NCBI GenBank assembly: GCA_963701085.1
Contig: OY969561.1
Location: 320,001 to 384,000 of the forward strand
DNA: 64,000 nucleotides
From: an uncultured bacterium
GTDB taxonomy: Bacteria > Babelota > Babeliae > Babelales > Vermiphilaceae
Reading direction: 5' to 3'
The translations under genes were made by a program, and so were the position numbers. Positions 1 through 9,915 of this stretch are shown here, piece by piece. Within the stretch, counting starts at the first letter, position 1. Every line of letters begins with the position of its first letter. The notes beneath the pieces were generated by a model. The model was not told the DNA's origin, made no database searches, and saw only the letters and a list, made by a program, of their open reading frames with translations.

Positions 1-248
1 TGCGTTAAATTATTGTAATTCATGTAAGCATTATAGCCATCAACAGTGACCGCAAATCCTTGAGGCACTCTAATTCCCTGTGAGCTGAGCGCGCTGATCA
101 TTTGCCCCAGTGAAGCATTTTTTCCGCCAACAAGATTTAAATCAGAAAGTTTTACATCTTGTAGTGATCTAATATAACGATAGTGCGGTTTTGTTTCTTC
201 TGGTGTGGAGAGAAAAATGAGCAAAAGAAAATAGTGTAATGCTTTCAT
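1..248 (-). CDS. ppsA: Phosphoenolpyruvate synthase, 5' part (runs off window)
   Basis: Manual translation: MKALHYFLLLIFLSTPEETKPHYRYIRSLQDVKLSDLNLVGGKNASLGQMISALSSQGIRVPQGFAVTVDGY. VGGKNASLG and VPxGFA are PEP synthase N-terminal motifs. Confidence 0.85.
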   Translation of the reverse strand, partial: MKALHYFLLLIFLSTPEETKPHYRYIRSLQDVKLSDLNLVGGKNASLGQMISALSSQGIRVPQGFAVTVDGYNAYMNYNNLT

Positions 249-400
249 AGAGAGATCCTTAGTTTGTTTTTTATGATCATAAATTGATTATCATGTATGG
301 TACTAAAGGGTAATTTGTAAAAACAATATTTTGTTTTTTTTGTGTGTTGATAGGTGATACTCTGTGCGAGTAGTGCAAAATTTTAAAAAAGGTAGAAGTT

Positions 401-1882
401 ATGAAAGAAAAAGCAGAAGTGTATCTTGTTCAGGAAAGTATGGTTTGGTCGGTAATTTGTGCAGCAGCACAAAACACTATTGTTCAAGTTTTTGCACAGA
501 TTGGACAATTTGATTGGTGTGAGCCGTATCGCATAGAAGCGCAATATGAAAGCTTTGGTAGTGGTTTTTTGATTGATGATAATGGGTACGTGGTTACTAA
601 CGCGCATGTTGTTGAGAGTGCAAAATATATTTGGATTCAGGTTCCTATTCTTGGTAGACAAAAGCTTGACGTAGAAGTGGTTGGTATTTGTCCTGATCGT
701 GATATTGCATTGTTAAAAGTGAGTGACAGTGGTATTGAAATGTTACGTCAATTATTGGGGTCAATACCATTTTTATTGTTAGGTGACTCTGATGTGGTGA
801 AAAATGCTGACGGTGTTTTGGTGCTTGGTTATCCACTGGGGCAGTACCACGTTAAAAGTACCACCGGCATTGTTAGTGGCCAAGAATTTGTGATATCAAG
901 TTCTTTGTTACAAGTGACTGCTCCTATTAATCCTGGTAATTCTGGTGGGCCGTTGCTCAATGCACAGGGTCAGGTGATTGGTATTGCGGTTGCTATAGCA
1001 GCGAGCGCGCAAAATGTGGGGTATGCAATTCCTATTAATGAGCTAAAAATTATACTTGATGATTTGCGTAGTAAAAAATTTGTTCGTCGGCCTTATTTGG
1101 GCGTGCGTTTTGTGAGTGCAAGTGATGAAAAAGCGAAATTTCTGAATAATCCAGTTCCCTGTGGTTTGTATGTTGCGCAGGTGTTTACGGGGACTATTTT
1201 TGCCCGCGCGGGTGTGCAAAATGGAGATATGCTTTATGAGTTTGATGGTTGCGCGATTGATGCATACGGAGAAATGTATGTTGAGTGGTTGCGCAATAAA
1301 ATGTCAATATACGATCTTATTACGCGTATTAAGGTCGGCGATAAGATACCGCTTGTTATTTATCGCAATGGAGAACGTAAAGAATTGACCTGCGTGATCG
1401 ACGATGAACCTCCCTTCGCTATACGAAAAAAATTCCCTAATTATGAACCTGTTGCGTACGATACTATTGCAGGTATGGTTATTATGGAGCTTGCAGAAAA
1501 CCATCTTGAGGTTTTGATGGAAGATTATCCAGAATTGGTGCAGTTCCATCAGCCAGAGAATCGAGTTAATTCAGCGCTTATTATTACGAATATTGTTCCT
1601 GGTTCGTATGCATATCAAGTGGAATCATTAAATCCGGGAAATATTATTGTTACCGTCAATGATATTCCGGTGCAAACGCTCGCTGATTGGGAAAAAGCGC
1701 TTGAAAAAAGTGTAACAACAGGATTTATTGCATTAAAAACAGATCATAATGTGTTGACCGTGTTGTTATTAGAAAAAATTCTTGCAGATGAAATTAAGTT
1801 AAGTAAGGCGTTTGAGTATCCACTTTCTGAAACGGTAAAGAGATTGCAATCAATGGCACAGTATACACATAAGGATGACTAA
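401..1882 (+). CDS. HtrA/Deg-family trypsin-like serine protease with two PDZ domains
   Basis: GSGF, VTNAHVV, DIALL and INPGNSGGPL catalytic-triad motifs, followed by PDZ-like segments. Confidence 0.92.
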   Translation: MKEKAEVYLVQESMVWSVICAAAQNTIVQVFAQIGQFDWCEPYRIEAQYESFGSGFLIDDNGYVVTNAHVVESAKYIWIQVPILGRQKLDVEVVGICPDRDIALLKVSDSGIEMLRQLLGSIPFLLLGDSDVVKNADGVLVLGYPLGQYHVKSTTGIVSGQEFVISSSLLQVTAPINPGNSGGPLLNAQGQVIGIAVAIAASAQNVGYAIPINELKIILDDLRSKKFVRRPYLGVRFVSASDEKAKFLNNPVPCGLYVAQVFTGTIFARAGVQNGDMLYEFDGCAIDAYGEMYVEWLRNKMSIYDLITRIKVGDKIPLVIYRNGERKELTCVIDDEPPFAIRKKFPNYEPVAYDTIAGMVIMELAENHLEVLMEDYPELVQFHQPENRVNSALIITNIVPGSYAYQVESLNPGNIIVTVNDIPVQTLADWEKALEKSVTTGFIALKTDHNVLTVLLLEKILADEIKLSKAFEYPLSETVKRLQSMAQYTHKDD

Positions 1883-2394
1883 GAAATTATACATAGGCAC
1901 GCGTGATCGTCATTGGTCTGAGTATTTTTAAGCGAAGCTTTTTTATATTGTATAATCCTTTGTTCTTCGGTTCTAACATATTTATCAAGTTCTTGTTGTA
2001 ATTTCTTTTTTTCTTGCTCAACATACTTGTTAAAAATGGGAGTGGATGCATTGTGACTATAAAATTTTGCGTATTCAAGAACGTTTTGCACGCAAGAAGA
2101 GTCAAAGAGTGGTTTTTTTGTATGTAAAATCCATTCAAGAAAATTGCTATTGTTTGTATGACAACTATATACCAAGAGAGATGTTATTTCTTCTTCTTTA
2201 CGAGGAAGTATTTTTTTTGCCTCTGTTATATTGTTATCCAGAAATAGTTCATAAATTGTTTTATTTAAACCTGATAAATTTGAACGATAATTTATCTCTA
2301 ATGTAGAAATGATTTTTAAAAAGTTTACAGGTTCCATAGTATAAGCTGTTGAAGCAGATACTAATAGTGTGCAGAGTAATAATTTATAGAGCAT
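1879..2394 (-). CDS. Secreted hypothetical protein with degenerate ankyrin-like segment and C-terminal CaaX (CIIS)
   Basis: Signal-like MLYKLLLCTLLVSASTAYT-ME. NNSNFLEWILHTKKP segment shared with the neighbouring ORF. Ends CLCIIS. Confidence 0.65.
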   Translation of the reverse strand: MLYKLLLCTLLVSASTAYTMEPVNFLKIISTLEINYRSNLSGLNKTIYELFLDNNITEAKKILPRKEEEITSLLVYSCHTNNSNFLEWILHTKKPLFDSSCVQNVLEYAKFYSHNASTPIFNKYVEQEKKKLQQELDKYVRTEEQRIIQYKKASLKNTQTNDDHACLCIIS

Positions 2395-2458
2395 GCTATT
2401 TTCCTGATTGACCAATAAAAGTATAATATAGCAGGATTCACAAAGACATACACTATTT

Positions 2459-2629
2459 CCCGCGCTCGCCCTGAACTTGTTGAAGGGTTTTCTTCGAGCG
2501 CTCGGGGATATCCTTTATTCCCCAATTTACACTTCGTTTCAATCGGGGTCCCCATCGAAAGAAACTGAAGATGGGGTTAAACGAGCGCGGGGAGGATATT
2601 TAATATTTTTCAGTTTTAGGGATAGGCTT
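2459..2629. repeat. Partial MITE-like element carrying an inverted REP doublet
   Basis: cgctcgccctgaacttgttgaaggg...acgagcgcggg plus terminal tttagggataggctt; homologous to 5968-6111 and 43284-43389. Confidence 0.8.
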
Positions 2630-2630
2630 A

Positions 2631-3284
2631 TTAAAAAAGTATACATTTTTTGTATCCGGCTACGTTTGGCATATATCCTGTATCATCAGGTCGATACAAT
2701 GGTTCTGGTATGGCTACAACTTCATCATATTTTCCCATTTCATCGTCCCAGTATTGCATCGCTTGAATTTTGACATAGTCATTGAGCAGTTGAGTTATTT
2801 CATTATGATTCAGTTGTTTTGAGTTTGCAAGAGAGCGGTCTATGAGGGGAGATTGAAAATATGGTTTTCTTGTGTTGAGTAGCCAGCGCATAAAATTTAT
2901 ATTGTTTTGTTCTATGCCATACAAAAAAAGATCTGATACATCAACTTGGTTGCGCGGTAATTTTGTGCTGAGTTTTGGTTTGTTGTTAAGAAATAGTTTG
3001 TAAGCTTCTTCAGCAAGTTTTAGAGCGCCTTGCCTGCGCAAATCATTTATGAGAACTGCATCATTTTTGTTACACGCGCTGTTATATCGTTCATTTAATA
3101 TATGTTGAGGGATAATCATTTTGAATAATTTTTTATTAGTAAGCTTAAGAGCTATACGATCATCCCGGTCAAGTTGCGGAGCAATATTATAGGTAATGAT
3201 CTGGCTATTTTCGAATACAAGTTTCATGGCATGCGTTGCTGAGATGGGAAAGAGGAGTAGACCGAGTAATAATTTATGGTGCAT
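2631..3284 (-). CDS. Secreted hypothetical protein, possible F-box-like plus ankyrin-like segments, C-terminal CaaX (CILF)
   Basis: Likely start MHHKLLLGLLLFPISATHA-MK. IITYNIAPQLDRDDRIALKLTNKKL resembles an F-box. Contains NNINFMRWLLNTRKP. Ends KKCILF. Confidence 0.65.
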   Translation of the reverse strand: MHHKLLLGLLLFPISATHAMKLVFENSQIITYNIAPQLDRDDRIALKLTNKKLFKMIIPQHILNERYNSACNKNDAVLINDLRRQGALKLAEEAYKLFLNNKPKLSTKLPRNQVDVSDLFLYGIEQNNINFMRWLLNTRKPYFQSPLIDRSLANSKQLNHNEITQLLNDYVKIQAMQYWDDEMGKYDEVVAIPEPLYRPDDTGYMPNVAGYKKCILF

Positions 3285-3377
3285 ATTATTTCCTGGTAAT
3301 AAAATTAATGGAATTATGATTATACTATATCTGAGGCAGGTAAATGAGTCAATTTGGTGGTTTAATGGGTAAAATGT

Positions 3378-4112
3378 ATGGCTAAAATAAAAAAACGTCT
3401 TGATGTGAGATTGCAGGAATTGTTGCCAGAATATGATGAGCGACACATTCAAAGTTGGATTATGCAAGGGAAAGTTTTTGTTGATGACGAGCGCGTGACA
3501 ACACCAGGAACACAAGTTGCTGAGGATGCAAAGATTACTCACACCATTGAAGAGCCAAAGTTTGTCAGCCGTGCTGGTTTAAAGCTAGAAAAAGCACTTG
3601 ATCATTTTCATATAGATGTGAAAGGTTTAACTGTTTTAGATGCGGGAATTTCCACCGGTGGATTTACTGATTGTTTATTACAGCGCGGGGCAAAAAAAGT
3701 GTATGGTGTTGATGTTGGTTATGGTGATGTTCATGAAAAAATACGTACCGATGAACGTCTGGTTTTATTAGAAAAGACAAATGTACGGTTGTTGGAATCG
3801 GTTGGTGAGCCTGTTGATCTGATAACACTCGATTTATCATTCATTTCTGTTTTAAATGTCATGCAGACTGTTTGTAAAATTTTAAAAAAGGATGGCAAGC
3901 TTGTTATTCTTATCAAGCCACAGTTTGAAGCAAGTAAGCATGAAGTTGGCGCTGGCGGAATTGTGCGTGATGATAAAATTCGCCAAGCTATTGTAGGTGT
4001 GGTTGTTAAAGGAATTGTGCAGTATGGTTTTGAATCTGTTGGCGTGATTGATTCACCAATTTCAGGCGCAAAGGGTAATAAAGAGTTTCTGGCGTATTTT
4101 TTACGCAAGTAA
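3378..4112 (+). CDS. tlyA: TlyA-family rRNA 2'-O-methyltransferase
   Basis: S4 domain (KRLD...IMQGKV) and motifs FVSRAGLKL, LDAGISTGGFTDCLLQ, DLSFIS, LIKPQFE, GNKEF. Confidence 0.95.
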   Translation: MAKIKKRLDVRLQELLPEYDERHIQSWIMQGKVFVDDERVTTPGTQVAEDAKITHTIEEPKFVSRAGLKLEKALDHFHIDVKGLTVLDAGISTGGFTDCLLQRGAKKVYGVDVGYGDVHEKIRTDERLVLLEKTNVRLLESVGEPVDLITLDLSFISVLNVMQTVCKILKKDGKLVILIKPQFEASKHEVGAGGIVRDDKIRQAIVGVVVKGIVQYGFESVGVIDSPISGAKGNKEFLAYFLRK

Positions 4113-4660
4113 TGTGCGCAATAGTTGTCTATTGGTATCAAGGGCACTAGTAATTGTTTGTTGCTTGCCCTTCGACGTGTCCTCCGAAGCCTTGGCGAAG
4201 GAGGAAGCTTCAGCGGAGTAGGGCTTGTCCTTCGAAGCTTCAGCGGAGTAGGGTCGATTATCGATACTTGCAAAAATCTTGCTCAAATCATTAACCGCAG
4301 CTAACAATTTTTGTTCTAGCTGTGCTTCTTTTGTTACAATGGCAATTGATCCAATGGGCCCAAGTAATGCCAGACCAGGTGAATTTTTTTTGTACTTTTC
4401 CTCAATGGTTGCAAGTTGGTCTTTGATCTCCCCAATGGCATGCGCATAGGTGTGGGCGTGCAACGGGTGTTCTTCCAAAAAGTGCAGCTGGCGTTGAGCT
4501 GTATATATTTGATCAATAAAGCTGCGATCAAGCTCATGAATCATTGATTCTTTGTGTTCGGCTAAAAATGAAAAAGTACGATCAAAAGCCGTTTTTACGA
4601 GGAAAAACAGCATGCATAGTAATAAAATGTCCCTAATTCTACTAAAAAATGAGTATTTCA
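4101..4660 (-). CDS. Hypothetical membrane-anchored protein with in-frame palindromic insertion
   Basis: Likely start MKYSFF; one hydrophobic helix; PYSAEASKDKPYSAEASSFAKASEDTSKGK is encoded by repeat DNA at 4164-4253. Confidence 0.6.
4164..4253. repeat. Tandem/nested coding palindromic elements
   Basis: Two ttg(c/t)ccttcga..agcttcagcggagtaggg units; the first is interrupted by gtcctccgaagccttggcgaaggagga. Confidence 0.8.
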
Positions 4661-4860
4661 TGGTTAAAAACCCCCTAGGTTTATAGTCCTTTGTCCCTAT
4701 TTTTAGGATAACATCTATAAGTATGATGGTCAAAAGGGTCTATTTTACGGTGTTTTTTGTGTATTTAGGGAGGTTTTTTTAAAGGAGCTTGTTAATTACC
4801 TTCCTTTTTCTATATAATAATTACAGGTAGGGTTTGTTTTATAAAAAATAGGGAAAGCGT

Positions 4861-5961
4861 ATGAAATCAATTAAAAATATCGTTTTTACGGTAATTTTAG
4901 GTGCTATTTGTTGTGAAAGTAATGGTAGCGAAGCCGTGAATACAATGACTACCATGGCACAAGGAATTACTGCAAAAGTGAGAAATTTGCGAGATAAGAT
5001 TGTTACCATTGATCCTGAGAAAGATATTCAGCAGAAGGAAGAAGCTATTCTTGAAATAAATAATTTAGAAAAACCGCTTCATGATTTAAAAATATTTGTT
5101 CAAAAAGAGAAACGTAAAAATCCCGGTTTTATCAATCAATTGAATACTGAGGGGATGCCGCCACGTATAATCGAAGAAGAGGTTGAGTTATGTTTTAGGC
5201 ATGATTTGGATGCGATAGGCATGTCATTGGGCATAGGAGCAGCTGAAGAGAATTACGATATATGGAAATTGGGAGATGAAGAATGGAAAATTTATAGTAT
5301 GATCGAAAATTTGTCAGGTCCGGTGGTTATATTTAAAAATCTTGATAAACGTTATAAGAATTATCTTGAATTTGTTGCTGAAAATAAAAGATATAGTCCT
5401 CAGGAGGCACATGTTATTTTGCATATTGCTACGTATGTGATTGCTATGAGAGAGTGCCTTGCTCTTGCTGAAAAAGATGCGGGACGTTATTTGTTTAATT
5501 TGCTAAAGACTTATGTTGATTGGTTGCCAGAGGCAACTCATTTTGGTGAAAATGTAGAAATAATTATGCAGCATGGTAGCCTCATAAGCGTTATGGATAA
5601 AAATAATAAAACAATGCTTGATTGGACGAATGATTTAATCAACCAAGTAAAAGTAAAAAGTGAATCATTGAAAAAAAGGAATATATCAACTATTTATACG
5701 GATGAGAGTTTGAAACAACTTCGCGAAATAGCAATGATGTTAAAAGGAATTATCAGAATAGAAACGGGTAAAAGAAAACTTGCAACAAGAGATCCTTTGA
5801 GGTTAAAGAAAGCTTTTAATCCCGCAGCTATTCCTGGATATGAAAGCCCATTAACTGAAGAAGAAAAAAAGAATATAGAAAGATTAAAAGCATTAAATCT
5901 TTCAACAGAAAAAAAACTTATTGATGTATCGTATAAGGCACAACAATCATATCCACGTTAA
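4861..5961 (+). CDS. Secreted hypothetical protein (one ankyrin-like segment)
   Basis: 366-aa ORF with signal-like N-terminus; HGSLISVMDKNNKTMLDWT resembles an ankyrin turn. Confidence 0.6.
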   Translation: MKSIKNIVFTVILGAICCESNGSEAVNTMTTMAQGITAKVRNLRDKIVTIDPEKDIQQKEEAILEINNLEKPLHDLKIFVQKEKRKNPGFINQLNTEGMPPRIIEEEVELCFRHDLDAIGMSLGIGAAEENYDIWKLGDEEWKIYSMIENLSGPVVIFKNLDKRYKNYLEFVAENKRYSPQEAHVILHIATYVIAMRECLALAEKDAGRYLFNLLKTYVDWLPEATHFGENVEIIMQHGSLISVMDKNNKTMLDWTNDLINQVKVKSESLKKRNISTIYTDESLKQLREIAMMLKGIIRIETGKRKLATRDPLRLKKAFNPAAIPGYESPLTEEEKKNIERLKALNLSTEKKLIDVSYKAQQSYPR

Positions 5962-5967
5962 AATAAG

Positions 5968-6111
5968 AACCTATTCCTAAAGTCGAAAAATATTGAATTT
6001 CCTCCTCGCGCTCGTCCTGAGCCTGTCGAAGGATATCTTTGAGCGCTCAGAAAGAAACCCTTCAACAAGTTCAGGGCGAGCGCAAGAAAAAATTAGTTTA
6101 GGGATAGGCTT
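5968..6111. mobile_element. MITE-like element with ~14-bp terminal inverted repeats enclosing an inverted REP doublet
   Basis: Ends aacctattcctaaa ... tttagggataggctt. Internal arms cgctcgtcctgagcctgtcgaagg and cccttcaacaagttcagggcgagcg. Confidence 0.75.
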
Positions 6112-6287
6112 TAATTTTAAAAAGAGGGTATTTTTTTATTTGTTATTACATAAAACATTGATTTGCTGGTCAAATAAGCTTTTTTCTGGTACAAATAATG
6201 ATATAATTTCTTGATATTGCGCCCCCTTCGACAGGCTCAGGATAAACTCCGCTCATGAGCTAGGGCGCAAAAGAGTTGAAAGATATT

Positions 6288-6364
6288 GCGCCCGTAGCTC
6301 AGTCGGATAGAGCGCCTGACTTCGAATCAGTAGGTCGCAGGTTCGAATCCTGCCGGGCGCGCCA
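6288..6364 (+). tRNA. tRNA-Arg (anticodon TCG)
   Basis: gcgcccgtagctcagtcggatagagc...ctgacTTCGaatcag...ggttcgaatcc...gggcgcgcca; cloverleaf with encoded CCA. Confidence 0.95.
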
Positions 6365-6442
6365 TACTATGCTCCTCCTTTGGAGGACTTTTTTTATACA
6401 AAAAAAAGCAAGGCTTCGTATGGCAGGCCATCTTCTTAATGA

Positions 6443-6640
6443 TTATTTTTGTTTGTCTTGTAGGAGCTGCACTTCTTCGCCTTGTGCTTCACATACATTT
6501 TTTAGTGCAAGTAAAAATACACGAGGGTCTTCATTTTTAAGTGCTTCATTAAGATAAAGACTTGCTTCTTCTGGATCTTGCAAATCTTGAATCAATTTTT
6601 CTTGGTAATCTCTAAATTCTCTTTTTACAGTTCTTTTCAT
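6443..6640 (-). CDS. Addiction-module antidote-like protein (probably truncated, no HTH)
   Basis: LQDPEEASLYLNEAL...FLLALKNV is typical of the addiction module antidote N-terminus. Confidence 0.7.
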   Translation of the reverse strand: MKRTVKREFRDYQEKLIQDLQDPEEASLYLNEALKNEDPRVFLLALKNVCEAQGEEVQLLQDKQK

Positions 6641-6653
6641 AATGATTCAAAAC

Positions 6654-6960
6654 TTACGCCTTAAAGACATCTTTTGGTTCTTTACCCATAAGTGCCAAAA
6701 AATGAGCAAAGCTTGCCAATGTTAAATTTGCTTGCCCACGTTGTATCTTAGCTGCTTGAGATGGACTTGTAGATAAACGACGAACAACTTCGTTAAAACC
6801 AACTTTATTTTTCTTCATATACTCTGCCATAGTATCTGCAAGTATTTTTTGAATTGATCTAAGGATAGCAACTTCAAGTTGTGCTTGTTTTTTGATTTCA
6901 ATCAAGTTGTTCTTGAGAAAGTTTTGTTTTTATCAAATCATCAAAACTTTTTGTTTTCAT
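6654..6960 (-). pseudogene. XRE/HTH antitoxin, frameshift near 6900
   Basis: MKTKSFDDLIKTKLSQEQL continues in another frame as IEIKKQAQLE...GFNEVVRRLSTSPSQAAKIQRGQANLTLAS (HTH). Confidence 0.7.
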
Positions 6961-7277
6961 TATTCTCTCCATGCGTTTGTATGCAGTTTTAATATCTTTA
7001 TCTTGTGATTTTTTATCACCAGCAACAAGTAAAATAATCAGTTTATTTCCCTTAAAACAATAATATAATCGATAACCGAATCGTCGTTCACGCAACTCAA
7101 AAAGCCCTTTACCAAGCGAACGGCTATGTGGAAGTTGTAATTCATTTCCTAAATCCTCTAACATGCGGAGTTCCTTAGTTACCGATATAGCTTGTTCTTC
7201 GGTTAGCTTCTGAACCACTTTTCAATAGGACTTTTTCCGCTTTCATTAGCATAATACCGTATAATCCATCTTTCCAA
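6958..7277 (-). pseudogene. RelE/ParE (Gp49/HigB-like) toxin, frameshifted
   Basis: TTG start MERWIIRYYANESGKSPIEKW, then a shift to QKLTEE...PHSRSLGKGLFELRERRFGYRLYYCF...LLVAGDKKSQDKDI. Confidence 0.8.
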
Positions 7278-7621
7278 ATGTTTACTCCTATAAAAAGTAG
7301 TACTACTATAAAAGATATAGAATAGTGGGTGCGATGTCAACTTACTGTTAATTTAGTAAATTTCTGGTTTAATTTAAATGATGAATATACCGTCTGGATC
7401 ATTGTAAGCCAACGGTTATATTCACTTCACCGTTTCTGAACATGTCTGGCAGGTGGCGCCATACTTCGCATAAAGCTAGGTATGGCACGCCAGACTTTTT
7501 TTAATGTCCAAATCTATTGATTTCCTATTTGTAAATCTAGTATTATGATAGTGATGGAATATGAACTAATATATTCGATAAAGGATTTTCAAATATGAAA
7601 AATATAAAAAATGGGACCAAA

Positions 7622-9491
7622 ATGAACCAATTATTGCATCTAACTCTATTATTGGGGGCTTTTTGCTCAATAAATCTTTTGCCCATGCGTATGACTGAAA
7701 AAGGTAAAGCTTCAGCAAAAAGATGGCTTGGGTTGCAGCAGAGAGAAGAGGCGATAAGCAAAAAAAGAGGATTATTGATCTTTTTGGATGAGCAGGAAAA
7801 AGATGAATTTGGAGCAGTAAGCTCTAATTTATTGATAGCTCTTTATCAAGAAGCTGGGCCTATAATTGTTTCCACATCGTTATTATACGGCTTACGTGAA
7901 TATTGGCAAAAGGATAATCGGCCTATCGAAGATTTATTAAATGACCCACTATTAAAAAATCTTCCGTTATTAAATGGCCCGCGTCAAGAAACCGAATCTT
8001 TATTAAATATAATATTAAGCAGAACATGTTTTAAAGAGGAGCGTTGGATTATAAAAAAAGTTAATAATTCGTTGAATCTTTTAATTCCATTGAGGCATTT
8101 GCAATCTCTTAAGGTTAATCAAGATAAAATAAAAAATTTTGATAGCACGATGGAGACAAATGACGTATTCGCTATTGAACTGCAGTTAGGTCTTAAAGTT
8201 AATCATATGGAAACCATTGATTTTAGATCAATAATACCTTCTTATTATACGCAAATTTCGACTTATTTTTCTTTCTCACAATCAGCGAGTTATTTTGTTG
8301 ATTCTTTGGATATTATTTTTTGTAAAAAATCTGATTATATAAATAAACAGGTTACTATTCCTGAATGGTGCATATTTATAGATGGACATGGAGCAATTAA
8401 TCATTCTATTGCATATCTCACTTTAAATGATTTTAAAAAGTTCTTAAATTTTTTAGAAAAGGAAATGATTACCACGTTGTTGGTGATTCTTTCTTGTTAT
8501 GCTGCAGGGGTGAATGCGGGTAAAATTTATGGGGAATTATCGTTAGAAACACAGCGATATTATTCATTTCCTATTATTATTAAAGGTTTGAACGATATGG
8601 TCACGGGTGGTCCTGTTGTAGGCATTGATTGGAGTGCTTGGAAAGATCAGAAAAAGATATCTTTAAACACCAAGATTAGTTTTTTTGATTTTCTAGAAAA
8701 AGCAAAACGTTCAGAAGGGAATTATAATGAAATTATAAAGCCTATATTGTACGATTATTTTATAGGAAATACTCCACAAATCAAACTGCCAGGTCTTGAA
8801 TGGTTTTCAGTGATGGATATGGGGAACAAAATTGTTGCAATAGGTTCAATTTTCAGCGCAAACAAGAGATCCTCAAAAACCATTAGATATTGTTTCTTTT
8901 TTTAAGAAAGATCCAGAAGTGATCTTATTATATACCGATAATATTCCCTTTGGACTTGTGTGCTTAGTTCAAAAGATGTAATAACAGCGATTTGTTCTAT
9001 GGTTTCATCAGGGCCTATGCCTAATAATCCAGAGCTTGTTATTAACCGAATAAAAAAAATATCCTCTGATAGGGGTTATTTTTCAATAATCAATAGATTT
9101 GTGGTGGAAAGTTCTATGAAATGGTTTTTTATTGATGAAATCGATGAAAGCAAAGATATGTATAGAAAAGATGTTTTAATTTTTGCTGCGTCAGAAAAGC
9201 GATTCTATATGACTGGTAAGAACAAACAAAATGTTATTTTAAAGATAAAAATAATGATTTATTTAAACAAGAACTTTGGAATTATGGCAAAGTTGAAGCA
9301 AATTTTTGGGATAAAAGGGATTATGAATCTAAAATGAGTGAAGTGCGAAAATATTTACATTCATCTGAAAAGAAATGAATGATTACTCTGAGCATATTGA
9401 AAAAATAAAAAATGTATTAACTGAGCAACCTGCTGAAAGACAAAAAAAATTAAAAGAAGCATATACGGTATCAGAACCTGAAGTTGATTAG
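7622..9491 (+). CDS. Secreted protein with clan-CD cysteine-protease-like His/Cys motifs; split by frameshifts after ~8860
   Basis: Signal-like N-terminus; WCIFIDGHG...LLVILSCYAAG. Reading continues in shifted frames (ORF 8960-9337) to TAG at 9489-9491. Confidence 0.55.
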
Positions 9492-9737
9492 AATATAATA
9501 AAAAAGCAGACGATGGGTAGAAGAAGCTATCGGCTGCTTTTTTGTGCTTTTCTTATAAGGAGAAATAAATTTGTCTCCTTGAGCTTCACATACGTTTTTT
9601 AGCGCAAGTAAAAATATACGTGGATCTTCATCTTTAAGGGCTTCATTAAGATAAAGGCTTGCTTCTTCTGGATCTTGCAAATCTTGAATTAATTTTTCTT
9701 GATAATCTCTAAATTCTCTTTTTACAGTTCTTTTCAT
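9471..9737 (-). CDS. Second copy of the addiction-module antidote-like protein
   Basis: Near-identical to 6443-6640 up to VCEAQG, then diverges. Confidence 0.65.
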   Translation of the reverse strand: MKRTVKREFRDYQEKLIQDLQDPEEASLYLNEALKDEDPRIFLLALKNVCEAQGDKFISPYKKSTKKQPIASSTHRLLFYYILINFRF

Positions 9738-9750
9738 AATGATTCGAAAC

Positions 9751-9915
9751 TTACGCTTTAAAAACATCTTTAGGTTCTTTATTCATAGTATCTGAAAGTA
9801 CTTTTTTGATTGATTTAAGAATAGCAACTTCAAGTTGTGCTTTGCGTTTGATTTCAATAATTTCCTCATCAGTAAGTCTTGTTTTTAGGTAATCATCAAA
9901 ACTTTTTGTTTTCAT
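9751..9915 (-). pseudogene. Second antitoxin copy with in-frame deletion of the HTH
   Basis: MKTKSFDDYLKTRLTDEEIIEIKRKAQLEVAILKSIKKVLSDTMNKEPKDVFKA; preceded by a toxin remnant (AGDKKSQDKDIKTAYKHMEE*, 9914-9978). Confidence 0.7.

Noticed and set aside
3285-3542. N-terminal extensions of track ORFs 2631-3542, 14110-14736 and 29984-31642
   Set aside because: They overlap tlyA or run through repeats; downstream ATGs with signal-peptide or RBS context are better starts.
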